From Candidatus Hydrogenedentota bacterium (GTDB lineage: Bacteria; Hydrogenedentota; Hydrogenedentia; Hydrogenedentales; SLHB01), in the NCBI GenBank assembly GCA_045863295.1, contig BTWA01000002.1, positions 235,137 through 299,136 on the forward strand: DNA of 64,000 nucleotides, in the 5' to 3' direction. Shown piece after piece: positions 51,835-61,868 of this stretch. The first letter of the stretch is position 1; each line of letters opens with the position of its first letter. The notes under the pieces were generated by a model. It did not search any database and had not been told where the DNA came from. It saw only the letters and a list, made by a program, of their open reading frames with translations. A program made the position numbers and the translations under genes.

Positions 51835-54800
51835 GGTGTGGCGGATGGGGCCGAAGTCACCGTTCCTTCAGGTGCGTTCATCATGGCCAAGGCGAAACCC
51901 CACGTATTGTAGTTGTTGCCGATTTCGACGACGATTCGATTCTGGCCCTGCACGAGGGTTGCGTCGAAGCGATCCTGATCCCAGAACAGATTGCGCCCTT
52001 CGTAGTTTTCGTGGACTTTTTTTCCATTGATCCAGACACGGGTCCAGTCGTCCGATGCGTGCGAGAACGTGACTTGAGCTTCGGCGGGGCATGTGACATC
52101 CGTGACTGCCAGGACGGCTTTCCGTGGTGTCTCCTGGAATTCGAGATCGAGAATTCGATCCATCCAGAGGATGCCGCCGGGTTGCAGGGGAGAGAGCGGC
52201 TTCCAGGACCTACCGTTTGCCTTGAGTGGCGAGGCCTGAGCCAGCACCGATGTGATGCCAGTTGACGGATCCTGTTGCATGGAACTAGCGCCTTCAGGCA
52301 GTGCGTACATGTCCGAAATGGTCCAATCGACAATTTGCTTCCCGTTCATGACGGCCTCCTCCAATTCCCTGCCATTCACCGCAAGATCAGCGGCGAGATC
52401 GGAGAGATTGCCATGAAGGCCGTGGTATTTTTGGTTCTGAACGCAGAGACTGAGCAAATCAGAACAACGGTCGTTGTCAGGTACCTTGGGGACTGCCTCT
52501 TTCGCCAGTCTGCGTAAGACATCGGGCGCGGCGTTTGAGCATAGTGCGTTCCATGCGGTGGTTGCACGCAACCGTTCAGTGGAGGACAGGCGACAAAAAT
52601 AGGTGAACGCGCGATCAATTTCACCTTGTTGTGCACAAAGTGTGGTCAACGCTTCCAGTGCCGTTCGCTGGGTATCGGGTCTGCATCCCCCTTGGACGAC
52701 TTTCTCATAGTAGCGGCGCGCCAGCGCTAAATCGCCTGCCTCTTCCGCGATTGCGGCTGCTTCGGCGGCGGATTGGCCGTAAACCATGGGGTCATCGAGC
52801 AACGAGTTCAGGCTTTCAATAGCATTTTGCGTTTGCCCCGCTTCCGCGTCAATGGCTGCGAACGCCAACTTTGCCTGACTGGGCGAGGTTACTACCGAAG
52901 CTAATTTCTCTCTGAAGTTGTTTGCGAGCGATTCGTCTCCGCACCTGCCAACGAGCCTGTAGATCCGGTAAGAGCCGATCACGGAACGCGGATTCAAGTC
53001 GAGCAAGCGCAGATAGGCGGTTGCAGAGGCCGCGGGATCGGCTTCCCATAGGCCGCGGGCGGCATGGTTAAGGCTTTCTGCATTGGCATCGGGATCAGCG
53101 ACGATCTTTTTGTATCGCACCGTGGCCTCGGCCTTGTCTCCAATGGTCTCCCAACAGGAGGCCGTAATGATGAGCGTTTCGTTGTCGGGTTCCTGAATTT
53201 CCATCAGCAACAGCCGCAAGGTGTCCACGGCGGAATCGACTCCGCGCGTTGTCCGATCTCTCAATCCTTGACAGACTGCGAGTTGCAGCACTGGGTCGCT
53301 GTTCAAATTGGGAATTGCTGATACATTGTCAAGCAGGCGGTTGTCATCGAGCAATTGCCGGTAGATGCCGACGATTTGATCCCGTGTATTTTCATTGACT
53401 TTGGATCGAACATTTCGCATAACCTCTTGCCACGACTCCGCAGGGGCACCAGCCTTTATGAGTGCATCGGCATAGGTCCGCGCCAACCACATGTCGCCCA
53501 ATTGATTCTGCAACTCGTCGCGAAACATTTCGACGGCGAGGGCGTACTGTCTAGCCTGCACGAGCTCTCCAAACAGGTGCCTCCAGTTCTGATTGTGACT
53601 TTCCTCCCGCAGTGCGTCTTTGGCTTCGTCCATCCTTCCCGTCATCGCCAGTGCCGCGGCCCGTGTTGGCAAGTAGTGCACTTTGCTTGCATCTTCTCCC
53701 GCTGATGCGATGTCGGCCGAGGCTTTTTCTCCGTCGCCGATATATATGTAAAGTTTTGCTCGCTCCATGTATTCACCGGGGCGATTTGTCTGAAGCTGCA
53801 TGTTGTCAATCGCGGCACGAGCGCGATCGGGGCAATCCAATTCCATGTACTGCACTACCAGTGTTTGGGCTGCGGCTGAATCGAGCAGGGAATGGTCGAC
53901 CAGGTACCGGTGGCATGCCTCAAGTTCTTTCAATGCATCGGCACGATTTCGGGACGAACCGATCATGCCCATGAGCTGGTTGCGCACCTCCTGCTTGTCG
54001 CCGATTTTATCCAATGCGGCAAATGAGATATTTCTTGCATGCTCGAACTCATCAATGCGTGTAAAGAACTTGGCAAGGCCCAAATGTGTTGCGGCCGAGG
54101 AATCGCCCTTGGAGCGCAGCTTTTCTTCCAAACGGAGCGCGAGTGCCCGGGCGCCGATGTAGTCGTCCAGGGCGCGTGACAAATCGTCGGAGCGGTTTCC
54201 ATACCACTGACCGTACTGTGTACTTGTAGCGGGACTTACGGTTGTACTTTGAATCAGCAGTTTCATGGCTAGAGCTTCCGCGTTCTCCACGTCGCCCTCC
54301 GCCAAAAGTGCCTTAATCGTGGCGGCGGGCGGCAGTTGCGCAAGGGCATCTTCTCCACCGCTCCTAAGGGACGCGAGCAATTCCCGTGTCTCCGCTTCGT
54401 ACGACCAATTAGAGAGAAAGGTGAAGTAGTCCGAGAGTGTGGCTTGCGTTGGATTGGCTTCGTGTCTACGCCGAAACACGTCCCGGCTCCAGTGGGGGTC
54501 GCCAGCATTGGCAATGTGGTGGGCGAACAGCGATTCCACATCGCCGCGTTTTTCATCCGGTGTAAGCGCGAGAAACTTGTCACGAAGGGCAAATGCGTTC
54601 ACGTTGGCCCGATAGTCAAAAGCAATCTCCAGAAGTCCGCGGATTCTCTCGGGACCGGGATCCCGCATCGCCCATGCGGAGAGGACTTCGATTGCTTCTC
54701 CCGGCTTTTTTCGATCCAGTAGCACGCGTCCGTAGCGAGTAACGTAGTCGGGCGACTCCGGATTCAACTCGGTCAATTGTCTGAGAACTGTCTCCTGTTT

Positions 54801-57800
54801 TTCGTGCTGATCGAGCCTGCCGAGGTAATCAACATACAGGGAGAGCAGGCGTTCGTCATCGGTGCGGGAGGCCAGGAGCGGGGTCATGACGCGATCGAGA
54901 TCTTGCGGCGACGGATCAATTCGTTGCAGATAGCTCTCGATCATACGGCTCGAGTTGGCCGCGGACACGCCGAGAACTTCCGATTCGACAAAGGGCCGCA
55001 ATGCCCGGTTGTTTCCCGCCGCATCGACGAAGACATCGTCCATCTGCTGCGCAGCGTTTTCATCGCTGGCCGCTTTTGCACGCGATTCGCGGTAATATGC
55101 GGCCGCTTCCTCAGCCATGTCCTGTTGCAGCATATTTCTGAGCACCTGGACCTGAGCCCATCCGCCTCCCTGATCAGCCGCGTCCTTTTTCCATGCCTCG
55201 ATTGCATTGGTCTTATCGCCGTTTTTCAAGTAGAGAGCGGCGAGTTTGCTCCAATTCCGGTTTCCGCCCGGAATGAGTTCTTCCTTTAGAATAGTGATGG
55301 CTTTTTCGAAGTCGCCCTGCTTTTCCGCGACCACGACCATTTCTTCGTAGATGCTCGAGCGCACATAGCGATTGTTCGAATCAGAGGAGGCCAGGGATGC
55401 AAGCGCGTGTTCCAGACTGGCCATGGCATCGGCATACCGGTTTTCGTGCTTTGCGATGGCGACCGTGAATCTCAGCGTGCGGGGACTCTCCGGCGATTTT
55501 TCTTTCATGCCGGCGAGGCGTTGCTTAAGTTCCTCCATCGCATCGACGTCGCCAAAAAGGGAAACGATTCGATCGGCGGTTTGGAATCCTTCTACTTGCT
55601 GAGAATCCTTGGCATCTGACCGATCCATCAATTCCCTTAGGGCGTCGAGGGCTTCCGGGTCTTTGTCTTGCCGCGCATATGCATCTGCGATTGCGATACG
55701 GACGTGGTCGCGGTTCGCGTCGATTCGAATTGCGCGCTGAAAAGCTTCCGCGGCCCGCTCGTAATCCTGGTCATTGAACCATTGTTGCGCCATTCGCTCG
55801 AGTTCGTCGGGATTGGTTGTACGTTCTATGGCGCTTTGCTCAATTGCGGCAAGTTGATCTTGCTGACCGGCCTGTTTGTAGGCTTCCCGGATTTGCATAT
55901 TCATGGAAAAGTAGAGCCGCGGGTTTCTGCGAAGCAGGTCTTCGTAAATTCCTATGGCGTCTTTTGCACGGTTGTTCTGCATGAGGAATTCCGCGAATTG
56001 CGTTTTGGCGTCCGTGGAGTTCGGGCGCATTGCTATAAGCTCTTCGTAGAGCTTGACGGCATCGTCAATCCGGTTTGTGGACTGATAGATGCGAATCAAA
56101 TATTGACGCCATGTGGTGGACGCGGGTTGAGCCGCCAGGCGATCTTCAAATTCCGAGACGAGTTCCTGTACTCGTTCAGACCGCATGTAGCAATTAAAAA
56201 GATAGTTGAATGCGACATCCGCGCCCTGCCGCAATTGGGAGTTGTTCATAGCGGCCTGCGCAGGAATGGTTCCGACTTCCCGTTCCCACCATTTGCGGGC
56301 CCATTCCAATGCTTTGTCATTAAGCCCAGCAGATTCATACGCATTGAGCAGCGAGGACATGACCTGTCGTGACGTACTTGGCGTGGAAGTGTACTTTTCC
56401 AGCAGGGCGATGGCTTTTTCCGGCTGTTTGGCCTGCACAAGTCGACGTGCGATGGCGTCGATTTGGCGAGTACTATTCACTTGTGGACCGAACGATTCCG
56501 CGAGCGCAATAGCGTCGTCGATTTTATTCTGTATCAGGGCAAGATTGATGCGTGCATCGCCAATTGGATTGGCCAAGGTTGGCGCGATTGTGGCGAGCCG
56601 AGCGTAGCCTTTTTCCATTTCTTCGTACTTCTCAAGCCGGTGCAAGAAATAGAGTTCCAGATTGGCGGCATTGACGTCGGCCGGATCCAGTTCACGCAAT
56701 TTGCCTGCCCATTCCGCTGCTTCGGCGAATTGCTCGGTAAAATCAAGGTAGCAGAGCATGAGAACGAGAGTCTGCCTGCCATAGGCACGATCCGTATCGG
56801 ATTCCCCGTTAAAACACAATTCGGCTTCGGATCTCAGCCGGTCAACGATGGGTTTCAATTCTTCCTGGGTTTCCGACATTTGAAATAGTTGGTTAAAGGC
56901 TTCGATGCGAGAGTAATCAATCGGCACGGTAACCTGGTAGGTTAGCGCACGCAGATCGTTTCGCCCGCCTCGCCGTCCGATATTTCTATCCGGGGAATAC
57001 ACCTGTTGCCGGTATCCGGAGAAGTATCGGTTCAGGCCCGGCTGATCCGATCGATGGAAGATAGCCGTTTCGTATGCCTCGCGTGCCTTGGCTTCATCGC
57101 CCCTATCGCGGTAGAACGATGCCGATTGCATGCGATAGTCCACGGCACGTTGAGGGTCCATTTCTATAAGGCGTTGATTCAGCTGGTCGAACGTCTCAGC
57201 GTCTCCTTCCGACCGATAGAATTGCGCGGCTTGCTGCAAAGTGCCTGCATCGTCCGGGTGACTGGCAAGTAGTTGTTCAATCAGGTTGCGGGCCTTGTCG
57301 GGTTCTTGGCGGACCCGGTAAAGGCGTGCCGTCGCAAATTTGGTGTTCAGGGATTGTTGCGGGTCGATTTGGGCGATTTCGTGGTAGATGGCCTCTACTT
57401 TGTCGAATTCCTTTTCCTGTTGAAGCATATTGGCGAGGTTCCAGCGGATATCAATGTTGCCTGGCTGGCGGGCGGCCAACCGAGTCGCCACTTGGATGGC
57501 TTCGTTCTTCTTTCCAGCCAGCGAGTAGAACTGCAACAGATCTTCCTGGATATTCAGGTTGTCTGGGATGTCCAACGCGCGTTTTTCCATTTTTGCGAGA
57601 ATCTCATCCAAACCTTCCAAGCGTTGTGCGATTTCATAAATAGATTGGACGATTGCTGCGCGCAGCCCCTTCACTCCTTGTCCTTGTATTCCGAAGTAGC
57701 GCATTCGAGCCTGACGGGAACCAGCCCACATTTGCGCGGGCATTGCTCCTGGCAATGGACTGGTGGTTGTAGAGCCCGTTTGCTGTTGTAGAGCCGTCGG

Positions 57801-60686
57801 GGTGGGCTCGTTTTCCCATTGCACGGTTTCAAGCAGATCCGTGAGTTCCGCGAGTGCTTCGTCGCTACGATCTTGGGAGGCGAGCAGTTGCGCGGTTTCG
57901 AACCGGAAGTTGTAGTCGGTGGGGTCGAGCTTGATCGCGCGACTTCTCGCTGCGAGTGCTTCATCGAGCAGGCCGTGGTTGCTGTACGCCCTAGCGACTG
58001 TTTTGGCGGCTGCGGCGTCGTTTGGAGCGATGGCTTCAATCTGATTCCATGCTTGCATGGCCTTCTCGAAATCACCCAGTGCGGCATAGGCCAGGCCGAG
58101 CCGATCCAGATCCAGGACAGTGGGCTTGCCGGCCAATTGAATCAGTTGCTCGTGCACCTGGACTACCTTGTCCAATCGATTGGCTTCATGTGCGACAATC
58201 ATCAGAGAGCGGAGCGCTGCTTCTTTGTCGTCCGCGGCTTCGGCCGCGCTTTCGGCGATTTCCAACGCGGCTTGAAAATTGCCGATCGCTTTGTGAATCG
58301 CGGCGAGTTCCTGATATGGCAGGAGAGCCTGAGGTGTCTTGCGCACCCGGTCTTGAAACTCCTGCAAGAGGTCCGCGATTTTGTTTTGTTGCACGTAAAT
58401 TGCCGCGAGGCGGGAGACGGCTTCAATGCGCACGGCATCGGCGGTTGCACTTTCCCGCATTCGCCGGAAGGTCTCTTGGGCTTCGCCCCACTTTTCAAAG
58501 CGCACGAGTGCATCGCCGTATTCCCGATACAACTCCGGATCGTCCGGTTTTAGGCGCAATGCGTTCCGGTATTGCTGGAGTCCCTCGTCTTTCTTGTCCG
58601 TCTGTAAGTAGACCTGGGCCAGCACCGAGCGCGCGTCGGCATCCGCGGGAGCCAGTTCCACCACTTTCTCTGCAGATTCAATCGCTTTTTGCGTTTCGCC
58701 GGAGGCGCGGTGGAGTTGGACGAGTTGACGGTAGTAGGCACCGGCGCGCGTGGGATCCAGGCCGATCAGTTTTTCAAAGGTTTCCATGGCGAGCGTGTTC
58801 TGCCGCAACATCGTGTAGATATCGGCCATTTGTCGGAGGTGCTCAGGCTGATCAGGTTCGAGTTCCGCGCATTGCTTCAGCAAGTCTACCGCACGGTCTT
58901 TGTCTCCCATGCGCAGATACAGTCTGGCAAGTCGTTGTCTCGGCGGTACTGCGCCTGGATTCTGGACGACCTCGTTCTCCCACGACTTTTGCTTGTCCGC
59001 GAGGACTCCCTGGGCGAAGTAGACATCGAGCAAGCCACGCTCCCCGAGCATTTGGAAGTATTCATTGTCCTGCAACCCTGCAAGCAATGTGAATTGTTCG
59101 AGAGCTTGGTCATAGGCTTCGCGCTTCATCAGTAGCTTGGTCAACGCGGCGCGGTTCTCGTATGCGGCTGGATCCAATGCGATGGCTTTTTCGTATAGCG
59201 CTATCGCGTCGATTTCCGAGCCGCGGGCCGTGAGAATGGCGGCTACCTCGGCATAATCGGATGCACTGCTTTCTGGCGTGAGCGAAGACATCCACAGGGT
59301 CTTTGCCTCGTCGTCAAGGCCTTTGGAATGTTTGATCTCGGCTAGAGTAAAGACCCATTCCTTCTCTTTTCTGATTGCAATGGCCTTTTCAAACGCGTCC
59401 GCGGCTTCGTCGGGGAAATCGTATTGTTCCAACCATTCACCAAGGAGTGCCAAAGCTCCGGCCTCATCGCTGTCCCCGGCAATGCGGTTCCATGCCTTCC
59501 TGGCGGCGTCTATGTTGCCTGCTCGCAGATGGGCTTCGCCCAGCCTGCGCAGGTAGTTGGGGTCTTCGGGAAACATTTCAACCAAACGTTCGAACAGCTG
59601 CACCTTTTTGTCATGCGACGATGTTTCGGTATAGAGGTCAATCAGCATTTCGTAGCTTGCCAAGCGCGCGGGATCCCGTTCGAGCACGGCGAGGATGACG
59701 GCCTCCGCTTCTTCGGTCCTCCCCATTCTTTTGAGTACAACCGCTTTCAGGTCTGTGTTGGCGGCATCGGAGGGGAACTGGGCGATGCGGGCATCCAGGT
59801 ACGCCAGCAGTCCGGACAGATCGCCTTTCTTCTCGTACACGGCGACCAATCGGGATTTTAGGTCTTCATACAGCCAGTTTCCCGGCGCAGCCAGGTTCAA
59901 TGCTTGCTCATAGGCGGCAATTGCCTCTGCCGGCAGATCCAGGCGATCGTAATTTTCTCCGATGGAGCGTAACAGCCGGCACTGTAAATACGGGTTGGCT
60001 GCGCTCTTTTCGATAAGCGTCCGGCGGACCTCGATGGCCTCTCGCCACATGAAGTTATCGTCCAGAATGGAGGCCATTTCTTCGTAGGCAAATGAATCGT
60101 CCGGGGCCATCTCGATGAGCTTTTTCCATGCGTCCAAGGCTTTATCGCGGTTGCCCAAGTGAAGATAGGCATCTCCCAGTAGCCTACAGGCATCGGCTCG
60201 CTTACTGGCATCGGTCATCCGGTCAACGGCGTTGGCAAGTAGGTCCGCGGCTTCCTGGTAGTTGCCGGCCTCTGCCTTCAGTAGGCCCAGCAAACCGGCG
60301 ATTTCTGGGTCATCTTGATTGGCCAATCTGGCATCTTCCAGCAATTTGATCGCATCTCGAGTTCTAAACTGGCGATGAAAGATTCTGGCAAGTATGACTT
60401 TGTCTGCGTCGGTGCCGCCGGCAGACGCCAGTCTTAGCTCCAATGCGTGGACCCAGGCGGCCGCGCCCTCGTTGGCAAGGTAACTTTCGAAAACGTGGTC
60501 AAAGGCCTGTTGACCGAAGGGGTTTTGGCGAAGCGATGCCTCGTACCGTTCCCTTATTTGCCGGTCGCGTTCATTCATTTCCATGGCGGGTTGCGCGAAC
60601 GAGGCGGCGCCGCAGCAAACGGCCACTATCATTGTGGTGAGACCTGTACCGTTGGACAGGGCGCGATTAAAAACGTTAATTTTCAT
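51831..60686 (-). CDS. Giant (~2950 aa) exported tetratricopeptide-repeat protein with C-terminal beta-sandwich domain
   Basis: Uninterrupted ORF; signal peptide; many TPR-like helices (A..YE.AL.L.P); GAGGA RBS before ATG 60686. Confidence 0.87.
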   Translation of the reverse strand: MKINVFNRALSNGTGLTTMIVAVCCGAASFAQPAMEMNERDRQIRERYEASLRQNPFGQQAFDHVFESYLANEGAAAWVHALELRLASAGGTDADKVILARIFHRQFRTRDAIKLLEDARLANQDDPEIAGLLGLLKAEAGNYQEAADLLANAVDRMTDASKRADACRLLGDAYLHLGNRDKALDAWKKLIEMAPDDSFAYEEMASILDDNFMWREAIEVRRTLIEKSAANPYLQCRLLRSIGENYDRLDLPAEAIAAYEQALNLAAPGNWLYEDLKSRLVAVYEKKGDLSGLLAYLDARIAQFPSDAANTDLKAVVLKRMGRTEEAEAVILAVLERDPARLASYEMLIDLYTETSSHDKKVQLFERLVEMFPEDPNYLRRLGEAHLRAGNIDAARKAWNRIAGDSDEAGALALLGEWLEQYDFPDEAADAFEKAIAIRKEKEWVFTLAEIKHSKGLDDEAKTLWMSSLTPESSASDYAEVAAILTARGSEIDAIALYEKAIALDPAAYENRAALTKLLMKREAYDQALEQFTLLAGLQDNEYFQMLGERGLLDVYFAQGVLADKQKSWENEVVQNPGAVPPRQRLARLYLRMGDKDRAVDLLKQCAELEPDQPEHLRQMADIYTMLRQNTLAMETFEKLIGLDPTRAGAYYRQLVQLHRASGETQKAIESAEKVVELAPADADARSVLAQVYLQTDKKDEGLQQYRNALRLKPDDPELYREYGDALVRFEKWGEAQETFRRMRESATADAVRIEAVSRLAAIYVQQNKIADLLQEFQDRVRKTPQALLPYQELAAIHKAIGNFQAALEIAESAAEAADDKEAALRSLMIVAHEANRLDKVVQVHEQLIQLAGKPTVLDLDRLGLAYAALGDFEKAMQAWNQIEAIAPNDAAAAKTVARAYSNHGLLDEALAARSRAIKLDPTDYNFRFETAQLLASQDRSDEALAELTDLLETVQWENEPTPTALQQQTGSTTTSPLPGAMPAQMWAGSRQARMRYFGIQGQGVKGLRAAIVQSIYEIAQRLEGLDEILAKMEKRALDIPDNLNIQEDLLQFYSLAGKKNEAIQVATRLAARQPGNIDIRWNLANMLQQEKEFDKVEAIYHEIAQIDPQQSLNTKFATARLYRVRQEPDKARNLIEQLLASHPDDAGTLQQAAQFYRSEGDAETFDQLNQRLIEMDPQRAVDYRMQSASFYRDRGDEAKAREAYETAIFHRSDQPGLNRYFSGYRQQVYSPDRNIGRRGGRNDLRALTYQVTVPIDYSRIEAFNQLFQMSETQEELKPIVDRLRSEAELCFNGESDTDRAYGRQTLVLMLCYLDFTEQFAEAAEWAGKLRELDPADVNAANLELYFLHRLEKYEEMEKGYARLATIAPTLANPIGDARINLALIQNKIDDAIALAESFGPQVNSTRQIDAIARRLVQAKQPEKAIALLEKYTSTPSTSRQVMSSLLNAYESAGLNDKALEWARKWWEREVGTIPAQAAMNNSQLRQGADVAFNYLFNCYMRSERVQELVSEFEDRLAAQPASTTWRQYLIRIYQSTNRIDDAVKLYEELIAMRPNSTDAKTQFAEFLMQNNRAKDAIGIYEDLLRRNPRLYFSMNMQIREAYKQAGQQDQLAAIEQSAIERTTNPDELERMAQQWFNDQDYERAAEAFQRAIRIDANRDHVRIAIADAYARQDKDPEALDALRELMDRSDAKDSQQVEGFQTADRIVSLFGDVDAMEELKQRLAGMKEKSPESPRTLRFTVAIAKHENRYADAMASLEHALASLASSDSNNRYVRSSIYEEMVVVAEKQGDFEKAITILKEELIPGGNRNWSKLAALYLKNGDKTNAIEAWKKDAADQGGGWAQVQVLRNMLQQDMAEEAAAYYRESRAKAASDENAAQQMDDVFVDAAGNNRALRPFVESEVLGVSAANSSRMIESYLQRIDPSPQDLDRVMTPLLASRTDDERLLSLYVDYLGRLDQHEKQETVLRQLTELNPESPDYVTRYGRVLLDRKKPGEAIEVLSAWAMRDPGPERIRGLLEIAFDYRANVNAFALRDKFLALTPDEKRGDVESLFAHHIANAGDPHWSRDVFRRRHEANPTQATLSDYFTFLSNWSYEAETRELLASLRSGGEDALAQLPPAATIKALLAEGDVENAEALAMKLLIQSTTVSPATSTQYGQWYGNRSDDLSRALDDYIGARALALRLEEKLRSKGDSSAATHLGLAKFFTRIDEFEHARNISFAALDKIGDKQEVRNQLMGMIGSSRNRADALKELEACHRYLVDHSLLDSAAAQTLVVQYMELDCPDRARAAIDNMQLQTNRPGEYMERAKLYIYIGDGEKASADIASAGEDASKVHYLPTRAAALAMTGRMDEAKDALREESHNQNWRHLFGELVQARQYALAVEMFRDELQNQLGDMWLARTYADALIKAGAPAESWQEVMRNVRSKVNENTRDQIVGIYRQLLDDNRLLDNVSAIPNLNSDPVLQLAVCQGLRDRTTRGVDSAVDTLRLLLMEIQEPDNETLIITASCWETIGDKAEATVRYKKIVADPDANAESLNHAARGLWEADPAASATAYLRLLDLNPRSVIGSYRIYRLVGRCGDESLANNFREKLASVVTSPSQAKLAFAAIDAEAGQTQNAIESLNSLLDDPMVYGQSAAEAAAIAEEAGDLALARRYYEKVVQGGCRPDTQRTALEALTTLCAQQGEIDRAFTYFCRLSSTERLRATTAWNALCSNAAPDVLRRLAKEAVPKVPDNDRCSDLLSLCVQNQKYHGLHGNLSDLAADLAVNGRELEEAVMNGKQIVDWTISDMYALPEGASSMQQDPSTGITSVLAQASPLKANGRSWKPLSPLQPGGILWMDRILDLEFQETPRKAVLAVTDVTCPAEAQVTFSHASDDWTRVWINGKKVHENYEGRNLFWDQDRFDATLVQGQNRIVVEIGNNYNTWGFALAMMNAPEGTVTSAPSATP

Positions 60687-60825
60687 CGTCCAGGTTCCTC
60701 GCAATGTACCGCAGCCTTGGAACGATTGTAGAATACCCTATTTCGTGGAATGGTTCTCGCGCGTGGTATTACACGGAGGTTACGGCTTCGGCGATTGCCT
60801 GGCGGGAGGGGATTGTCAATACAAT

Positions 60826-60862
60826 CGCCCCTTTGGGTTGGAATTTCCAGCCCAAAGGGGCG
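60826..60862 (-). terminator. Strong hairpin downstream of tRNA-Val
   Basis: CGCCCCTTTGGGTTGGAA / TTCCAGCCCAAAGGGGCG. Confidence 0.65.
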
Positions 60863-60875
60863 CAAGAGATACCAT

Positions 60876-60952
60876 TGGTGGGCGACAGTGGGCTCGAACC
60901 ACTGACCTCCGCCGTGTGAAGACGGCGCTCTAACCAACTGAGCTAGTCGCCC
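60876..60952 (-). tRNA. tRNA-Val (anticodon CAC)
   Basis: GGGCGACTAGCTCAGTTGGTTAGAGCGCCGTCTTCACACGGCGGAGGTCAGTGGTTCGAGCCCACTGTCGCCCACCA; full cloverleaf with encoded CCA. Confidence 0.97.
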
Positions 60953-60979
60953 GGATCGAGGGGGAAGCCTATCAAATAG

Positions 60980-61864
60980 GTGCCTGCCGGGTCAACCTAT
61001 CCTCGGCGTTTCGGCGTGATACCGACAGGAAGTGGTCTGCGCAAGCCGAATGTTTTACATTGGTTGCGCTTATGCGCCGTTCTATGGGCGCGGTATTGGA
61101 GTCTCGAGTTGCGGGAACGCGCGTTTACATTGGTCGATCGGGCAAAGGCAGTGGTGGGCAACCGATGGCTTGACCGTGCCTGGGGCCTTTTTCTTGGGGA
61201 TCCACTGGGGTTGGTGTACCGCGCCACGGAGTTTTCGTGGGTTGTCGATCCTCCCTCCGATTGGGAATTGGTGGTTCAAGGGAGTTCAATCAACGCTTCC
61301 AATGTACAGTCAGTGGAGTGGACCGAGGAGAATTGTCCGCATGGGGCTGCTTTGACAGCAACTCGAACGATTGAAGGCCTGACGTTCGGACTTCATACAA
61401 TGGCGTTTCATGACGCGCCGGTGTTGGTGCGCACATTGAAGATGTTGAATTTGTCTGGTGAGGTGCTGACTCTTGATCGAGCTTGTGTCGATTCATTTAA
61501 CTTCGGCACGGACGACGTGAGGTTTCATACGGAACCACTTGCGGCGTTCGCGGATCTGCCCGGTGAAAATGCCTGGCAGCCGTCGTCCGAGACGGTAACG
61601 GCCATCTCGGGTGACAGCGGTCTGGTGTTGGGGCATGAGCGCGGTCTTCGTCTGGAGGGTGATTCGGGACTTTTCCGGTTCGAGATAAAGGGGCCCTTCG
61701 AGCTTCCGCCGGGCCGATGGACGGTTCTGCCTTCGGCCTACGTATTTGCTTTCTCGGGTTCACTCACGACTCGGGTGGCGGCTCTGCACCAAGGCATTGC
61801 CAAGTTGATCTCCGCGTATCGACAACCTGAATTGCCGGCCGACGCCGGTGATCCCGTCGAGTAG
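60980..61864 (+). CDS. Hypothetical beta-rich protein (start uncertain, probably downstream of 60980)
   Basis: Open ORF filling the gap before the methyltransferase; weak resemblance to the N-terminal domain of GH36-type enzymes. Confidence 0.55.
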   Translation: MPAGSTYPRRFGVIPTGSGLRKPNVLHWLRLCAVLWARYWSLELRERAFTLVDRAKAVVGNRWLDRAWGLFLGDPLGLVYRATEFSWVVDPPSDWELVVQGSSINASNVQSVEWTEENCPHGAALTATRTIEGLTFGLHTMAFHDAPVLVRTLKMLNLSGEVLTLDRACVDSFNFGTDDVRFHTEPLAAFADLPGENAWQPSSETVTAISGDSGLVLGHERGLRLEGDSGLFRFEIKGPFELPPGRWTVLPSAYVFAFSGSLTTRVAALHQGIAKLISAYRQPELPADAGDPVE

Positions 61865-61868
61865 CGTT

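Noticed and set aside
49900..60952. Prophage or integrative element at tRNA-Val
   Set aside because: No integrase, phage genes or visible att duplication in the window.
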